Shown here: piece after piece, positions 46,625-55,646 of the stretch
Layout: every line of letters begins with the position of its first letter
How positions within the stretch are numbered: position 1 is the stretch's first letter
Source of the DNA: Alphaproteobacteria bacterium
Lineage (GTDB): Bacteria > Pseudomonadota > Alphaproteobacteria > JAPULJ01
Length of the DNA: 55,646 nt
Direction: 5' to 3'
NCBI GenBank assembly: GCA_037387885.1
Contig: JARRKQ010000015.1
Span: forward strand, 1-55,646
Notes under the pieces: model-generated
What the model was told of the DNA's origin: nothing
Databases searched by the model: none
What the model saw: only the letters and a program-made list of their open reading frames with translations
Translations under genes and position numbers: made by a program

Positions 46625-48697
46625 GTGGGCTTGATCGCTCGCATAGTGCTGATCGTCGCCGTCCTCGCCGCCAACGCGGCGCGCGCCGAGGAGACGTTGT
46701 CCCAATTCGCGGGCGCGCGGCTGTCGGCGCTCTTTCCTGGCGCCGAGCGGATTGGCGCGTTCGAAGGACAGCCGCCCGCCGCACCGGTCTATCGTGCGGG
46801 CGCGCTTGCGGGCTACGTCTTCTCCACCGCCGCTGTATCGGGATCGACCGGATATTCCGGCAAGCCACTCGACGTCGTCGTCGGCCTCGACCTCAAGGGG
46901 CGCATCACCGGCGCGGTGCTGCGGGCGCATCAGGAACCGATCCTGGTGATCGGCATCCTCGAGCGTGACCTTGCCGCCTTCGTTGCGCGCTTTCGCGGCC
47001 ACGATATTCGCGACGCGATCAAGGTCGGCGGCCGTACGCGCAAAGGTCAGCGCGGCATCGATGCGATCAGCGGCGCCACCGTCAGCAGCGCGGTCATCGC
47101 CGACAGCGTCCTGCGCTCGGCGCGCACCGTGGCGCGGTCGCGAGGCATCCTCGCCGGCGGCGCCGGACCGCGGCTCGACATTGACCGGTTTGAGGCGCTC
47201 GATTGGCCGGCGCTGTTAGAGCGCCGACTCGTTGCCCAGTTGGCGCTCGACAACCGCAAGGTCGACCAGGCACTCGAGAAGGCGGGGGCCACCCCGATTG
47301 CCGGCCGGGACCCGGCCGCGCGCTTCATCACGCTCTATGCCGGGCTCGCAACCCCGGCGCTCGCCGGGCGAAACCTGCTTGGCCAGCGGCTTTACAACCG
47401 TCTGATGGCGGCGCGGCGTCCCGGATCCCAGATTGTCTTTATCGGCGCCAGCGGGCTCTACTCGTTCAAGGGCACCGCCTGGCGACGGCGCGGGACCTTC
47501 GACCGTGTGCGCCTCGTGCAGGATGGGCGCGCCATCCCGCTCACAAAAACACAGCATCGTCTGATCGAAAAGCTCGCCGCGGCGCAGTCGCCCGAGCTGC
47601 GCGAGATGGCCTATTTCATGCTGCCGCCGGGCGCGCGGCTGGATCCGCTGCGCCCGTGGCGTGTGGAGCTTACGGTGCGCGCCGCAGGATCGGATGCTGT
47701 CGTGAAATTCGCGCTCGCATATGAGCTGCCGCGCGAGCTGGTCATCGGCAAGCCGACGCCGCCGGTCGCCGCGCGCGGGGGCCTGTTGTGGCAGGAAATC
47801 TGGCGCGACCGGGTGGTGTCGATCGCTGTTCTGGTGGTTTCCCTGGTGGTCCTGACCGGCATCCTGTTCTTCCAGGGCCCGATCGTGCGCCGGCCCAGGC
47901 TCTACCACACGATACGGATCGGTTTTCTGCTGTTCACCGTGCTCTGGATCGGCTGGTGGGCGGGCGCACAGCTTTCGGTCATCAATGTGCTGACCTTCAC
48001 GCAATCGCTGCTCACCGGTTTCAAGTGGGAGCTCTTCCTGCTCGAGCCGTTGATCTTCCTTCTCTGGGGTTATGTCGCGGTCGCGATGCTGTTCTGGGGG
48101 CGCGGTGTCTTCTGCGGCTGGCTGTGCCCATTCGGGGCGCTGCAGGAGCTGACCAACCGCGCCGCGCGGGTCTTCAAGGTGCCGCAGATCGAAGTGCCCT
48201 GGGGGCTGCATGAGCGCCTCTGGCCGATCAAGTACCTCGCCTTCATGGGCCTCTTCGCGCTGTCGCTCGGCTCGATGGCGCATGCTACTGCACTTGCAGA
48301 GATCGAACCGTTCAAGACCGCGATCGTGCTGCACTTCTGGCGGGCCTGGCCCTACGTGCTCTACGCCGCGCTGTTGATCGGCGCGGGTCTGTTCATCGAG
48401 CGCTTCTTCTGCCGCTATCTCTGTCCGCTCGGTGGGGCGCTGGCGCTGCCGGCCCGGGCGCGCATGTTCGAGTGGCTGGTCCGCCGCCGGGAATGCGGCC
48501 GGCCCTGCCAGACCTGCGCCGTGAACTGCACCGTCCAGGCGATCCACCCGACGGGGCAGATCAACCCGAACGAGTGCATCCACTGCCTGCATTGCCAGGT
48601 CTTCTACTACGACGACCACCTGTGCCCGCCGCTGATCGAGCAGCGGAAACGGCGCGAACGCCGCCGGCGGCTGTCGGGCGGCGCCGCCGCTGGATGA
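46625..48697 (+). CDS. nirI: NosR/NirI-family membrane flavin/Fe-S protein
   Basis: GYSGKP, FMN-binding DAISGAT, GRGVFCGWLCPFGALQE, FFCRYLCPLG and ECIHCLHCQ; divergent from nirS; GTG 46625 chosen for its RBS. Confidence 0.88.
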   Translation: MGLIARIVLIVAVLAANAARAEETLSQFAGARLSALFPGAERIGAFEGQPPAAPVYRAGALAGYVFSTAAVSGSTGYSGKPLDVVVGLDLKGRITGAVLRAHQEPILVIGILERDLAAFVARFRGHDIRDAIKVGGRTRKGQRGIDAISGATVSSAVIADSVLRSARTVARSRGILAGGAGPRLDIDRFEALDWPALLERRLVAQLALDNRKVDQALEKAGATPIAGRDPAARFITLYAGLATPALAGRNLLGQRLYNRLMAARRPGSQIVFIGASGLYSFKGTAWRRRGTFDRVRLVQDGRAIPLTKTQHRLIEKLAAAQSPELREMAYFMLPPGARLDPLRPWRVELTVRAAGSDAVVKFALAYELPRELVIGKPTPPVAARGGLLWQEIWRDRVVSIAVLVVSLVVLTGILFFQGPIVRRPRLYHTIRIGFLLFTVLWIGWWAGAQLSVINVLTFTQSLLTGFKWELFLLEPLIFLLWGYVAVAMLFWGRGVFCGWLCPFGALQELTNRAARVFKVPQIEVPWGLHERLWPIKYLAFMGLFALSLGSMAHATALAEIEPFKTAIVLHFWRAWPYVLYAALLIGAGLFIERFFCRYLCPLGGALALPARARMFEWLVRRRECGRPCQTCAVNCTVQAIHPTGQINPNECIHCLHCQVFYYDDHLCPPLIEQRKRRERRRRLSGGAAAG

Positions 48698-48702
48698 GCT
48701 GC

Positions 48703-48716
48703 TTGACCCACGTCAA
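48703..48716. promoter_or_regulatory. Fnr/Dnr box
   Basis: TTGAC-CCAC-GTCAA upstream of the hemerythrin-Dnr gene pair. Confidence 0.7.
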
Positions 48717-48929
48717 GGCGCCCGGCACCGCCTGCGCCTAGTCTTTTCGCACTGCCGGACCTGTCCCGGACAAGGATTGGGCAGATGAGTCGATGAAGGC
48801 ATCTGAGGTTGTGTCTGTAGCGGCGCCGCCAGCACCGGCAAACCGGGCGGCGGGAAGGGGCCGAAGGTCGCTGTTCTTAAGCGCGGCCAGCCCGAGGGAG
48901 GCGATACACGCTTCGTAGCGCGCATCGAT

Positions 48930-49541
48930 GTGACAGCTGCGGCAAGAAATCCACTGGCAGATCTCCGCCCCGCCGAACCGAATGATCGGTTTCGCGATCC
49001 GTTGGGTTTCATCTACGCGGAGCACTACCGCAATCGCATCATTTGCAACACGCTCGAAGCGGCGAGCCCGGCTTGGCGGTCGAATCTGTCGACCCAGGAG
49101 CTGGAGGCGATCGTTGAGTTCTACACGGTCGATCGACCTCTCCACGTTGCCGACGAGGAGGAGCTCTTGTTTCCAATGCTGCGCAAGCGCTGCAAGCCAA
49201 TGGACAATCTGCCCGGAATCCTGGCGCTACTGGAGGGCGAGCATCGCTCCGATCAACCCTTGATCGACAGCGTGATCGGCGGCTTGAGCGACCTGATCAA
49301 ATCCGGCAGCGTCGGCGAGCCGGGGCTGTTCGCCGAAAAGTGCCGGGCGATGTCGGATTTTCAGCGGCGGCATCTCGCCTGGGAGAACAGCGTGTTGATG
49401 CCGCTCGCCAAACGCCGGCTCACCAAAAGCGACATCATCGATCTCGGCCGAGGCATGGCCGAACGGCGGGGGGTGAACCTTGATGCCTATGACACGGATG
49501 CCAACGACCCGGATGCCAACGACGGTTACGGTGATGAATGA
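48930..49541 (+). CDS. Hemerythrin (HHE) domain protein
   Basis: AEH, PLHVADEEELLFP, EGEH and RRHLAWEN motifs. Confidence 0.82.
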   Translation: MTAAARNPLADLRPAEPNDRFRDPLGFIYAEHYRNRIICNTLEAASPAWRSNLSTQELEAIVEFYTVDRPLHVADEEELLFPMLRKRCKPMDNLPGILALLEGEHRSDQPLIDSVIGGLSDLIKSGSVGEPGLFAEKCRAMSDFQRRHLAWENSVLMPLAKRRLTKSDIIDLGRGMAERRGVNLDAYDTDANDPDANDGYGDE

Positions 49542-49594
49542 GCGTCGCAGAAATTGCATACTAATTCGCGCAGCTGTCGCAGGAGAACGCGGCC

Positions 49595-50290
49595 ATGTCT
49601 ATTACACATAACGATATCGGGGCGGTGAAAGCCCTTCCTCTGTTCGAGGACCTGCCGCCCGACGCCTTGAGCGACACGATCGGGCACGCCGTGGTGCGCC
49701 AGCATCCGATCCGTACGATGCTCTTCGTGCAAGGCGACGACGCCGACCGCTTCTTCGTGCTGCTGGGCGGCTGGGTGAAGCTGTTCCGGCAGGCCAATAC
49801 CGGCGCCGAGGCAATAATCGAGGTCATCGGACCGGGGGAATCCTTCGCCGAAGCCGCTGCGCTTGGACTGGGGCACTATCCGGTTTCGGCCGAATGCGCG
49901 ACCGCGGTCCGCTTGCTGGAGGTTCCGGCCGAACCGTTCAAGCGCCAGCTCGCCGAGGATCCCGAGCTGATGCTGCGCATCATCGCCTCGCTGTCGGTTC
50001 GCCTGAAGGGGTTCGTGCGGCGCAACGAGCTGTTGATCACGCGCACGGCCAGCCAACGCGTGGCCATGTTCCTGCTGGCTTTCGCCTCGGAGTGTTCGGA
50101 GAAGGGCTCCGGCTCGGTCAAGCTACCCTACAACAAGCTGCTGATCGCCGGCCGGCTGGGCATGAAGCCCGAGACCTTCTCGCGGGCATTGTCCGAGCTG
50201 CGTCAGATCGGCGTCAATGTAAGTCGTTCGGAAGTGCTGATCGACGACGTCCGCACGGTCGAGCAGTTCGCCAATGGAGGCAATGCTTAG
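49595..50290 (+). CDS. Crp/Fnr-family regulator, Dnr/NnrR-like
   Basis: LFVQGD, GWVKLFR, GESFAEAA and HTH LIAGRLGMKPETFSRAL; no Fnr N-terminal Cys cluster. Confidence 0.88.
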   Translation: MSITHNDIGAVKALPLFEDLPPDALSDTIGHAVVRQHPIRTMLFVQGDDADRFFVLLGGWVKLFRQANTGAEAIIEVIGPGESFAEAAALGLGHYPVSAECATAVRLLEVPAEPFKRQLAEDPELMLRIIASLSVRLKGFVRRNELLITRTASQRVAMFLLAFASECSEKGSGSVKLPYNKLLIAGRLGMKPETFSRALSELRQIGVNVSRSEVLIDDVRTVEQFANGGNA

Positions 50291-50724
50291 GCCGAACTGT
50301 TGCTGAAGAGCGCGTGCAGGCGCGCGTCGTGCGTCTGGAAATGCACGGTGAACCAGTCGCGCAGGTGTTCTGAGAGCACCTCTTCATACTTGAAATAGGC
50401 GTCGGCCTCGTAGCGCTCGATGATATCCACGATGTCGCCGAGCAGCAGGTCGTGGTCGGCCTTGTGTTCTGTCAGCCGGTCGTAGCGCGCCTGTTGCATG
50501 ATGTATTCCTCGAGCGCGAAATGCGCGGCGATCCTGGCGTGGATCTCGCCCAGCCCGTCGGTCACCTGGCTTTTCGTAACGTCTTCGCGCTTGAGGCTCT
50601 CATAGACCTCGTTGATCAGCGCGATGAGCTCCTGGTGTTCCTGGTCAACGTCGTCGATGCCGACGGAAAACTCCGGTTTCCAGTCTATCAACGCCATGTC
50701 CTGATCCTTGCCTGTCTCGGCCAT
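50287..50724 (-). CDS. Single-domain bacteriohemerythrin
   Basis: W..EFSVGIDDVDQEH, HFALEE, EHKADH and WFTVHFQTHD. Confidence 0.9.
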   Translation of the reverse strand: MAETGKDQDMALIDWKPEFSVGIDDVDQEHQELIALINEVYESLKREDVTKSQVTDGLGEIHARIAAHFALEEYIMQQARYDRLTEHKADHDLLLGDIVDIIERYEADAYFKYEEVLSEHLRDWFTVHFQTHDARLHALFSNSSA

Positions 50725-50744
50725 GCAAATCCGCGGACCATAAG

Positions 50745-51248
50745 TCAGCGGAAAATGAAGCCGCCGCGGTCGCGTTGAAAGTCGATGATGAAGTGCTGGC
50801 GCGGTGTCAGCGCGATCTCCTTGCGGGTCTCGAAATCGTAGCCGGCCGTGCGGCCGCTATCGATCAGGCGCGCGACGATCACGTGCCGTCCGGGTGTCAC
50901 GACAAGCCCGCGATAGAACTTCGACGAACCGTCGCTCGAGAGGCCGGCCGGCCGCACGGTCGCTTGGTTTCGCGGCTGGCCGTCGACCAGCACTTCGAGG
51001 TGGATCGGGTAGCGTTCCCGCGGACAAATCAGCACCTTCCGCTTATGCGGCGGCAGCTTGGCCAGCTGCGCGCGGGTGCGGCGGATGCATTTGCCGACCC
51101 GCTGGCCGCCGGTGATGAAGCTGATCTTAATCAGCGCCTTGTCGTCCGGGAAATGCGTATAGCTCGGCCGATAGGTGAAATAGCCGAGCATCACCCCGAA
51201 AAGCGCCAGCACGACTAATAAGGCTGCCATCTGCCGCACTTTACGCAT
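50745..51248 (-). CDS. Membrane-anchored hypothetical protein
   Basis: N-terminal TM, two Cys (KC..ICPRER) and a beta-rich C-terminus; overlaps the upstream gene's stop. Confidence 0.7.
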   Translation of the reverse strand: MRKVRQMAALLVVLALFGVMLGYFTYRPSYTHFPDDKALIKISFITGGQRVGKCIRRTRAQLAKLPPHKRKVLICPRERYPIHLEVLVDGQPRNQATVRPAGLSSDGSSKFYRGLVVTPGRHVIVARLIDSGRTAGYDFETRKEIALTPRQHFIIDFQRDRGGFIFR

Positions 51249-52863
51249 CGCCGCCTGCCTTCTCCTCTAGGGCCGCTTCATCGGGGGCCTTTTCGTATTT
51301 CCGTGGCGGTGGCGGCGGCTTTCCTTCAGTCGCCGGCTTGGACGCCGGCAAGGGTGTCAGCCCGGCTTGGAAATCCCGCACCGCCGTGGCCAGCGCGCGG
51401 TTGCCGCCGGGCCCGACCCAGACCTTCGCGATGCGTTCGCGCGGCACGGCGGTGCGCAGTTTGGGGTTGCGCTCGCCCGCGAGCCGCGCCTCGGTCCATT
51501 CGATGCCGAAGCGGTAATAGCACTCGCCCTCGGTGCAGCCCGACAGCACCACGCCCTCGGCGAGGCCGCGGCTCAGGATGTAGTCGACGAAGGTCGGCGG
51601 CAACATGCCGATGCAGGGCAAGCTCACGGTCGCAACGCTGGTGCTCGACACCGTGTCGGCCTTGGCGCCGTGATCGCAGCCGATCACGATCACGCGGTTC
51701 TGGCCGTCGAGCTTCTCCGAAAGCGCCTCGATGCGATCGCGCAAGCCCGCAATCGGAATGCCGGGGAGCTCGATGCCCGAGACCAGCTTGCGCGAGCGTG
51801 CGCGATAGGGCGTGGCGGTCGGGCAGGCGCCCGCGCAGATGCCGCAGGAGAGGCAGAGCTTGTCGTTGACCACGGCTTCGCGCTCGTAGGGCTTGCCGTC
51901 GCTTCGCGGGACCATGGTGATGGCCGCGAAGGGACAGTCGTCGACGCAGCGCGTGCAGCCGTTGCAGTTGTCGAGATCGACGACGGCGGTCGCCAGGCGC
52001 TTCATCGGCGGCATGAACGGCAAGGCGACGATGAGCAGGGTGAGGACGCCCGCCACACCCCAGATCGCGCCCGGCGACCAGATGTCGAAGAGCGGATAGA
52101 AGGCGAGATAGAACCAGTCGAGCTTCAGCGTGCCCGGCACCTCGGCCAGGTTGGCAGGGCCTTGGCTCATCGCTGGCTGCACTAAGGATAACGCGACGAA
52201 CATGACGAAGGTCGCAATCGCGAGGCCGCGCGGCGGGTTGATCTGGGGCCGGCTCACCCGCTGCAGATGGATCCAAAGCACCGCCAGCAGGATCAGCGGC
52301 AGGATCACGTGCATAAACACAAGGAGCGTGAAGAAGCGGTTGTCGATGAAGTCCGGGTTGATGAAGTTGCGGGCGATCGATTCGGAGAAGATCGGCAGCC
52401 AGTCGAACCACTGCGAGGTGACCAGCGCCACGTAGTGGGCGAGCTTGTCCCAGACCATCCAATAGCCGGTGATGCCCGCGGCGAAGACGAGCCAGATGAT
52501 CGGCACGCCGGTGACCCAGGTGAACCAGCGCGCGCTCCGATAACGGTCGAGCGAGAACTCGCGCGCCATGTGGATCACCATGAACAGCACCAGCGCGTCC
52601 GAAGCGTAGCGGTGGAGGCTGCGCATGACGCCGGCCGCGTACCATTGCTGGTGCGTCATGTACTCGACCGAGAGGTAGGCCGCGGTCGTGCCGGTATCAA
52701 AGAAGATATAGAGGTAGATGCCGCTGACCGCGACGATCCAATAGAAGAAAAAGCCGAGCGCGCCCAGATGGTTGAGCGGGTTCCAGACCGGACCGACGAG
52801 CTTGTCGAGCCCGGCCTCGAATGGGACGAAGCCCGCACGCAGTATTCGCCGCAGCCAGCTCAT
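51241..52863 (-). CDS. Cytochrome b/b6-like + 2x[4Fe-4S] ferredoxin + MvhD/FlpD-like fusion protein
   Basis: SLHRYASD..VIHM and FMH..WIHL heme ligands; WVTG/TGYW; CNGCTRCVDDCP; CLSCGICAGACP; IGC..LPCIG..SGCTEGECYYRFG. Confidence 0.85.
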   Translation of the reverse strand: MSWLRRILRAGFVPFEAGLDKLVGPVWNPLNHLGALGFFFYWIVAVSGIYLYIFFDTGTTAAYLSVEYMTHQQWYAAGVMRSLHRYASDALVLFMVIHMAREFSLDRYRSARWFTWVTGVPIIWLVFAAGITGYWMVWDKLAHYVALVTSQWFDWLPIFSESIARNFINPDFIDNRFFTLLVFMHVILPLILLAVLWIHLQRVSRPQINPPRGLAIATFVMFVALSLVQPAMSQGPANLAEVPGTLKLDWFYLAFYPLFDIWSPGAIWGVAGVLTLLIVALPFMPPMKRLATAVVDLDNCNGCTRCVDDCPFAAITMVPRSDGKPYEREAVVNDKLCLSCGICAGACPTATPYRARSRKLVSGIELPGIPIAGLRDRIEALSEKLDGQNRVIVIGCDHGAKADTVSSTSVATVSLPCIGMLPPTFVDYILSRGLAEGVVLSGCTEGECYYRFGIEWTEARLAGERNPKLRTAVPRERIAKVWVGPGGNRALATAVRDFQAGLTPLPASKPATEGKPPPPPRKYEKAPDEAALEEKAGGDA

Positions 52864-52914
52864 TCCGCGAGGCCTTTTGTGATCTTACGCAACGTCATGG
52901 TGTCTTGCCGCCGC

Positions 52915-53730
52915 CTACCCCAATCGCCTGAGGGTATGGCCGCGCAGGGCAGCGCGCACGAGCACGAAGCCCGTGCCGCCCAAGCTGGCGACGCCGATGA
53001 TGAGGGCCACGAAGATGCCGTAGTTGAAGCGGTAACGGTCGGCGCCCGGACTATAGACCGTGCAGAAGAGGCGGATACGGTTCGCGAGGCCTGACAGAGT
53101 GACGAGGCTGCCGCGGCGGCCATAGACCAGCTCCTTCAACGGCTCGGCCAATGCCGGCGGCTCGAAGCCGCCACCATAGATCTGGCGGTAGACCCGGCCC
53201 TTCGCATCGACGATCGTCGTCTGGGTCACGTGGCTGAAGCCGCCAGCCGAGGCCCGGAAGACGAAGCCCGTGTCAGCGGCAAGCCGATTGACCGTCTCGC
53301 GATCGGTCGCAAGGAAGCGCCAGTTGGGCAGCACGGCGCCGCGCTCTTGGGCGAAGGCGCGCATCCGCTCCGGTGTGTCGTTGCGCGTGTCGAAGCCGAC
53401 CGTCACCACAGCGAACGAATCGGCGCCGAAGGCATCCTGCGCGATCTTGAGGCTGCGATGCAGGCTGCCGATCACCACCGGACAGGATTGGTTGCAGCCG
53501 GTATAGACCAGCGTGACGACGAGCGGCTTGCCGCGAAATTGGGAGAGGCGCACGTTGCGGCCGTCGGTGGTAACGAAATGCCCATCGCGCAGCGTGCGCC
53601 CAAGCGCGGCCTGACTGATTGCCAGCGCCTGCTTGTCATTGTCGATGATGGGTGGCTCATCGGCCAGGGCCAGTGGCGTTATGGCCAATGCCGTCATCGT
53701 CGCGAAGATCAAAAGCCGAACGGCTTTCAT
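52915..53730 (-). CDS. SCO1/SenC-family metal chaperone with a C-terminal TM
   Basis: YTGCNQSCP (CxxxC), downstream His (FSH) and VGFD..DTPE. Confidence 0.88.
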   Translation of the reverse strand: MKAVRLLIFATMTALAITPLALADEPPIIDNDKQALAISQAALGRTLRDGHFVTTDGRNVRLSQFRGKPLVVTLVYTGCNQSCPVVIGSLHRSLKIAQDAFGADSFAVVTVGFDTRNDTPERMRAFAQERGAVLPNWRFLATDRETVNRLAADTGFVFRASAGGFSHVTQTTIVDAKGRVYRQIYGGGFEPPALAEPLKELVYGRRGSLVTLSGLANRIRLFCTVYSPGADRYRFNYGIFVALIIGVASLGGTGFVLVRAALRGHTLRRLG

Positions 53731-54593
53731 CGCAACACCAGATAGTCGGCGATCGCCGCGAGCTGCAGCAGACCGAGCTGGAGCAGGGAGGCCTTGAAAT
53801 TGGCCATGGCACGCTTGCGGGTCGGCTGGCGCACGAAGGCGATGCTGCCGCGCAAAAAGAGGAAGCCGCCGAGCGCCGCCCCGACCCCATAGATCCAGCC
53901 GAGACCATAGAAAACGGGTACGATCGAAAGCGCGACCAGAACCACGGTGTGCGCGAGGATGATCCAGGCTGCTTTCGGGTTGCCGACCACCACCGGCAGC
54001 ATCGGGACGTCAGCCGCCGCGTATTCCTTGCGCAGCGCCGCGGCGAGGCTCCAGAAGTGCGGCGGCGTCCAGAGGAACAGCACGACAGCCAGAATAATCG
54101 GGGCCGGCGCCATGGCCGGGTCGACCGCGGAGGCGCCGGCCATGACGGCAAAGCTGCCGGCGAGGCCGCCGACGACGATGTTCCACCAGGTCCGCCGTTT
54201 CAGCCAGATCGTGTAGACGATGCCGTAGACGAACGCGCCCATGAAGGTATGAAAGGCAGCGGCGAGGTTGGTCGCAAGGGCCGCGGCCAACACCGCGACC
54301 GCGAGGATCAGCAAAATGGACGAGAGCCACAACGGCCCTGCCTGGAACGCACCGGTGACGAAGGGCCGGTCGCGGGTCCGCGTCATGCGCGCGTCGAGAT
54401 CGCGCTCGAAATACTGGTTAAGCGCGCCTGCGCTCGCAGACGACAGCATGACCGCCAGCGCCAGGACGACGACCTGCCAGGCGGATAGCGCCGGTCCGGG
54501 CGACACGGCGATGCCCGCCAGCGCGCTCAGCATGATTGCAACGCCGATGCGCAGCTTGAAGAGTGAGGCGATTTGGCGGGCCGTCTGGGTCAT
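53727..54593 (-). CDS. ctaB: Protoheme IX farnesyltransferase (heme o synthase)
   Basis: KLRI, NQYFERDLDARMTRTRDRP, YTIWLKRRT and FLWTPPHFWSL. Confidence 0.93.
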   Translation of the reverse strand: MTQTARQIASLFKLRIGVAIMLSALAGIAVSPGPALSAWQVVVLALAVMLSSASAGALNQYFERDLDARMTRTRDRPFVTGAFQAGPLWLSSILLILAVAVLAAALATNLAAAFHTFMGAFVYGIVYTIWLKRRTWWNIVVGGLAGSFAVMAGASAVDPAMAPAPIILAVVLFLWTPPHFWSLAAALRKEYAAADVPMLPVVVGNPKAAWIILAHTVVLVALSIVPVFYGLGWIYGVGAALGGFLFLRGSIAFVRQPTRKRAMANFKASLLQLGLLQLAAIADYLVLR

Positions 54594-54632
54594 GGGTGTC
54601 GTCCATCGCGCCATCGAATGATGAAAAGCGGT

Positions 54633-54660
54633 GGCCGGGCGGCGTGGGGTCCGCCCGGCC
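54633..54660 (-). terminator. Intercistronic stem-loop after the oxidase subunit I gene
   Basis: GGCCGGGCGG-N8-CCGCCCGGCC. Confidence 0.5.
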
Positions 54661-54668
54661 GGCTCCGG

Positions 54669-55646
54669 TCAGCGCAGCGGCCAAACGTCGGACAGGAACT
54701 TCCAGTTCACGAAGTAGTAGACGACGAAGGTGGTGAAGAAGACCGCCACCAGGATGATGGTGCCGGGAAGCTTCAGCGTCCCTTCGCTGCCCGAATGCGC
54801 GACCGGCGTTCCGGCGACAACTGTGGGGTTGGCCTTGACCGCGGCCGCGTCGCGCTTGGCGCCGAAGAAGATCGACATCAGCACGATCAGGACGAACGAG
54901 ACCCCGCCGATCGTGGCGAGTATGGCCGACAGGCCGTTCAACCCGAGCATCAGATGGGCGATCGGGGCGTAGTCGAACTTGAGCGTTGCGTCGGCGAAGT
55001 TGATGTCCCAATGCCGGCGCGAGACACCGACGATGCCGCTGCCCATCATGAAGACCGAGATGCCCGCAGCACCAAAGCCGAAGAGATAGGGCTGCCATCG
55101 GGCAAGGCCCTTCCAGACGATCTCACGCTGCCAGATGAGCGGGATCACGGCATAGGTGATGCCCATGAAGGCGAGCGTCGTGCCGGCGACGACGGTGCCG
55201 TGGAAGTGTCCCGGAACATAAAGCGTGTTGTGGATCAGGATGTTGATCTGCTCCACGCCCATCACGACGCCGGAGATGCCGCCGAGAAAGCCGAAGAAGA
55301 CCAGCGACATGAACATGGAGGCGAAGGCCGGGTTGCCCCACGGCGCCTTACGCAGCCACTCGAAGGTGCCCTTCACGAAGCCGTTGCGGCGCTGCGCCGC
55401 CTCGATCGCGCCGGGCACGCTCATGCCGTGGATCATGCTGCCGAGGACCGCCAGATACATGGCGTAGCTGGTGTTGAAGATCTTCCATTCCGAACTCACG
55501 CCCGGCTCGACCAGCAGGTGGTGCGCCGAGGCGAGCTGCAGGAAGAGGATGTACATGAGGAAGGCCGAGCGGCTCACCTTCTCCGACAGTGGTTTCGCCC
55601 CCACGGTCATCGCCGCGATCGCGTACCAGCAGGCCACCATCGCCGA
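54669..55646 (-). CDS. Heme-copper oxidase superfamily subunit I (B-family-derived, probable eNOR nitric oxide reductase); 5' end lies outside the window
   Basis: ASAHHLLVEPG, APWGNPAF, GVEQINILIHNTLYVPGHFH and GVSRR; directly adjacent to the nirS cluster. Confidence 0.75.
   Translation of the reverse strand, partial: SAMVACWYAIAAMTVGAKPLSEKVSRSAFLMYILFLQLASAHHLLVEPGVSSEWKIFNTSYAMYLAVLGSMIHGMSVPGAIEAAQRRNGFVKGTFEWLRKAPWGNPAFASMFMSLVFFGFLGGISGVVMGVEQINILIHNTLYVPGHFHGTVVAGTTLAFMGITYAVIPLIWQREIVWKGLARWQPYLFGFGAAGISVFMMGSGIVGVSRRHWDINFADATLKFDYAPIAHLMLGLNGLSAILATIGGVSFVLIVLMSIFFGAKRDAAAVKANPTVVAGTPVAHSGSEGTLKLPGTIILVAVFFTTFVVYYFVNWKFLSDVWPLR

Noticed and set aside
48738-49145. Minus-strand 135-aa ORF between nirI and the hemerythrin gene
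   Set aside because: Overlaps the better-supported hemerythrin gene and has no recognisable motif
49495-49525. Short tandem repeat GGATGCCAACGAC x2 in the hemerythrin tail
   Set aside because: Only two copies, encoding a low-complexity acidic tail (DANDPDAND)

Overview
High-GC (~65% by eye) Alphaproteobacteria-like chromosomal segment, probably from a draft or metagenome assembly. Left to right it contains: fhs; a Pho/Pst operon (phoR, pstSCAB, phoU, phoB); a putative monocarboxylate (acetate-type) sensing and uptake cluster; a truncated globin; a sigma54/NtrC-type urea uptake and urease operon (urtABCDE-ureDAJBCEFG); and a denitrification island. The sensing cluster encodes a membrane PAS-DEDDh exonuclease, a CBS-DUF294 nucleotidyltransferase, a single-domain receiver, an SLC5-fused histidine kinase, an XRE/ScfR regulator and an SSS transporter. 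It is interrupted by a lower-GC PG-binding effector/SEL1 cassette. The denitrification island carries nirI, nirSECFDLGHJN, a Dnr-type regulator, three hemerythrins, and the 3' part of a B-family-derived heme-copper operon that looks like eNOR, followed by ctaB, SCO and a cytochrome b-ferredoxin-MvhD fusion. Best candidate for an undescribed system: the XRE/ScfR transcription factor carries an inserted histidine-kinase DHp domain that is about 70% identical (30/43 aa, hand alignment) to the DHp of the adjacent transporter-kinase. This suggests a kinase -> receiver -> His-phosphorylated transcription factor relay. Several conserved genes carry lesions (pstB fold-back, pstA and ureC internal deletions, nirJ-nirN read-through) that may be assembly artefacts. 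All calls come from motif recognition only; no searches were run.
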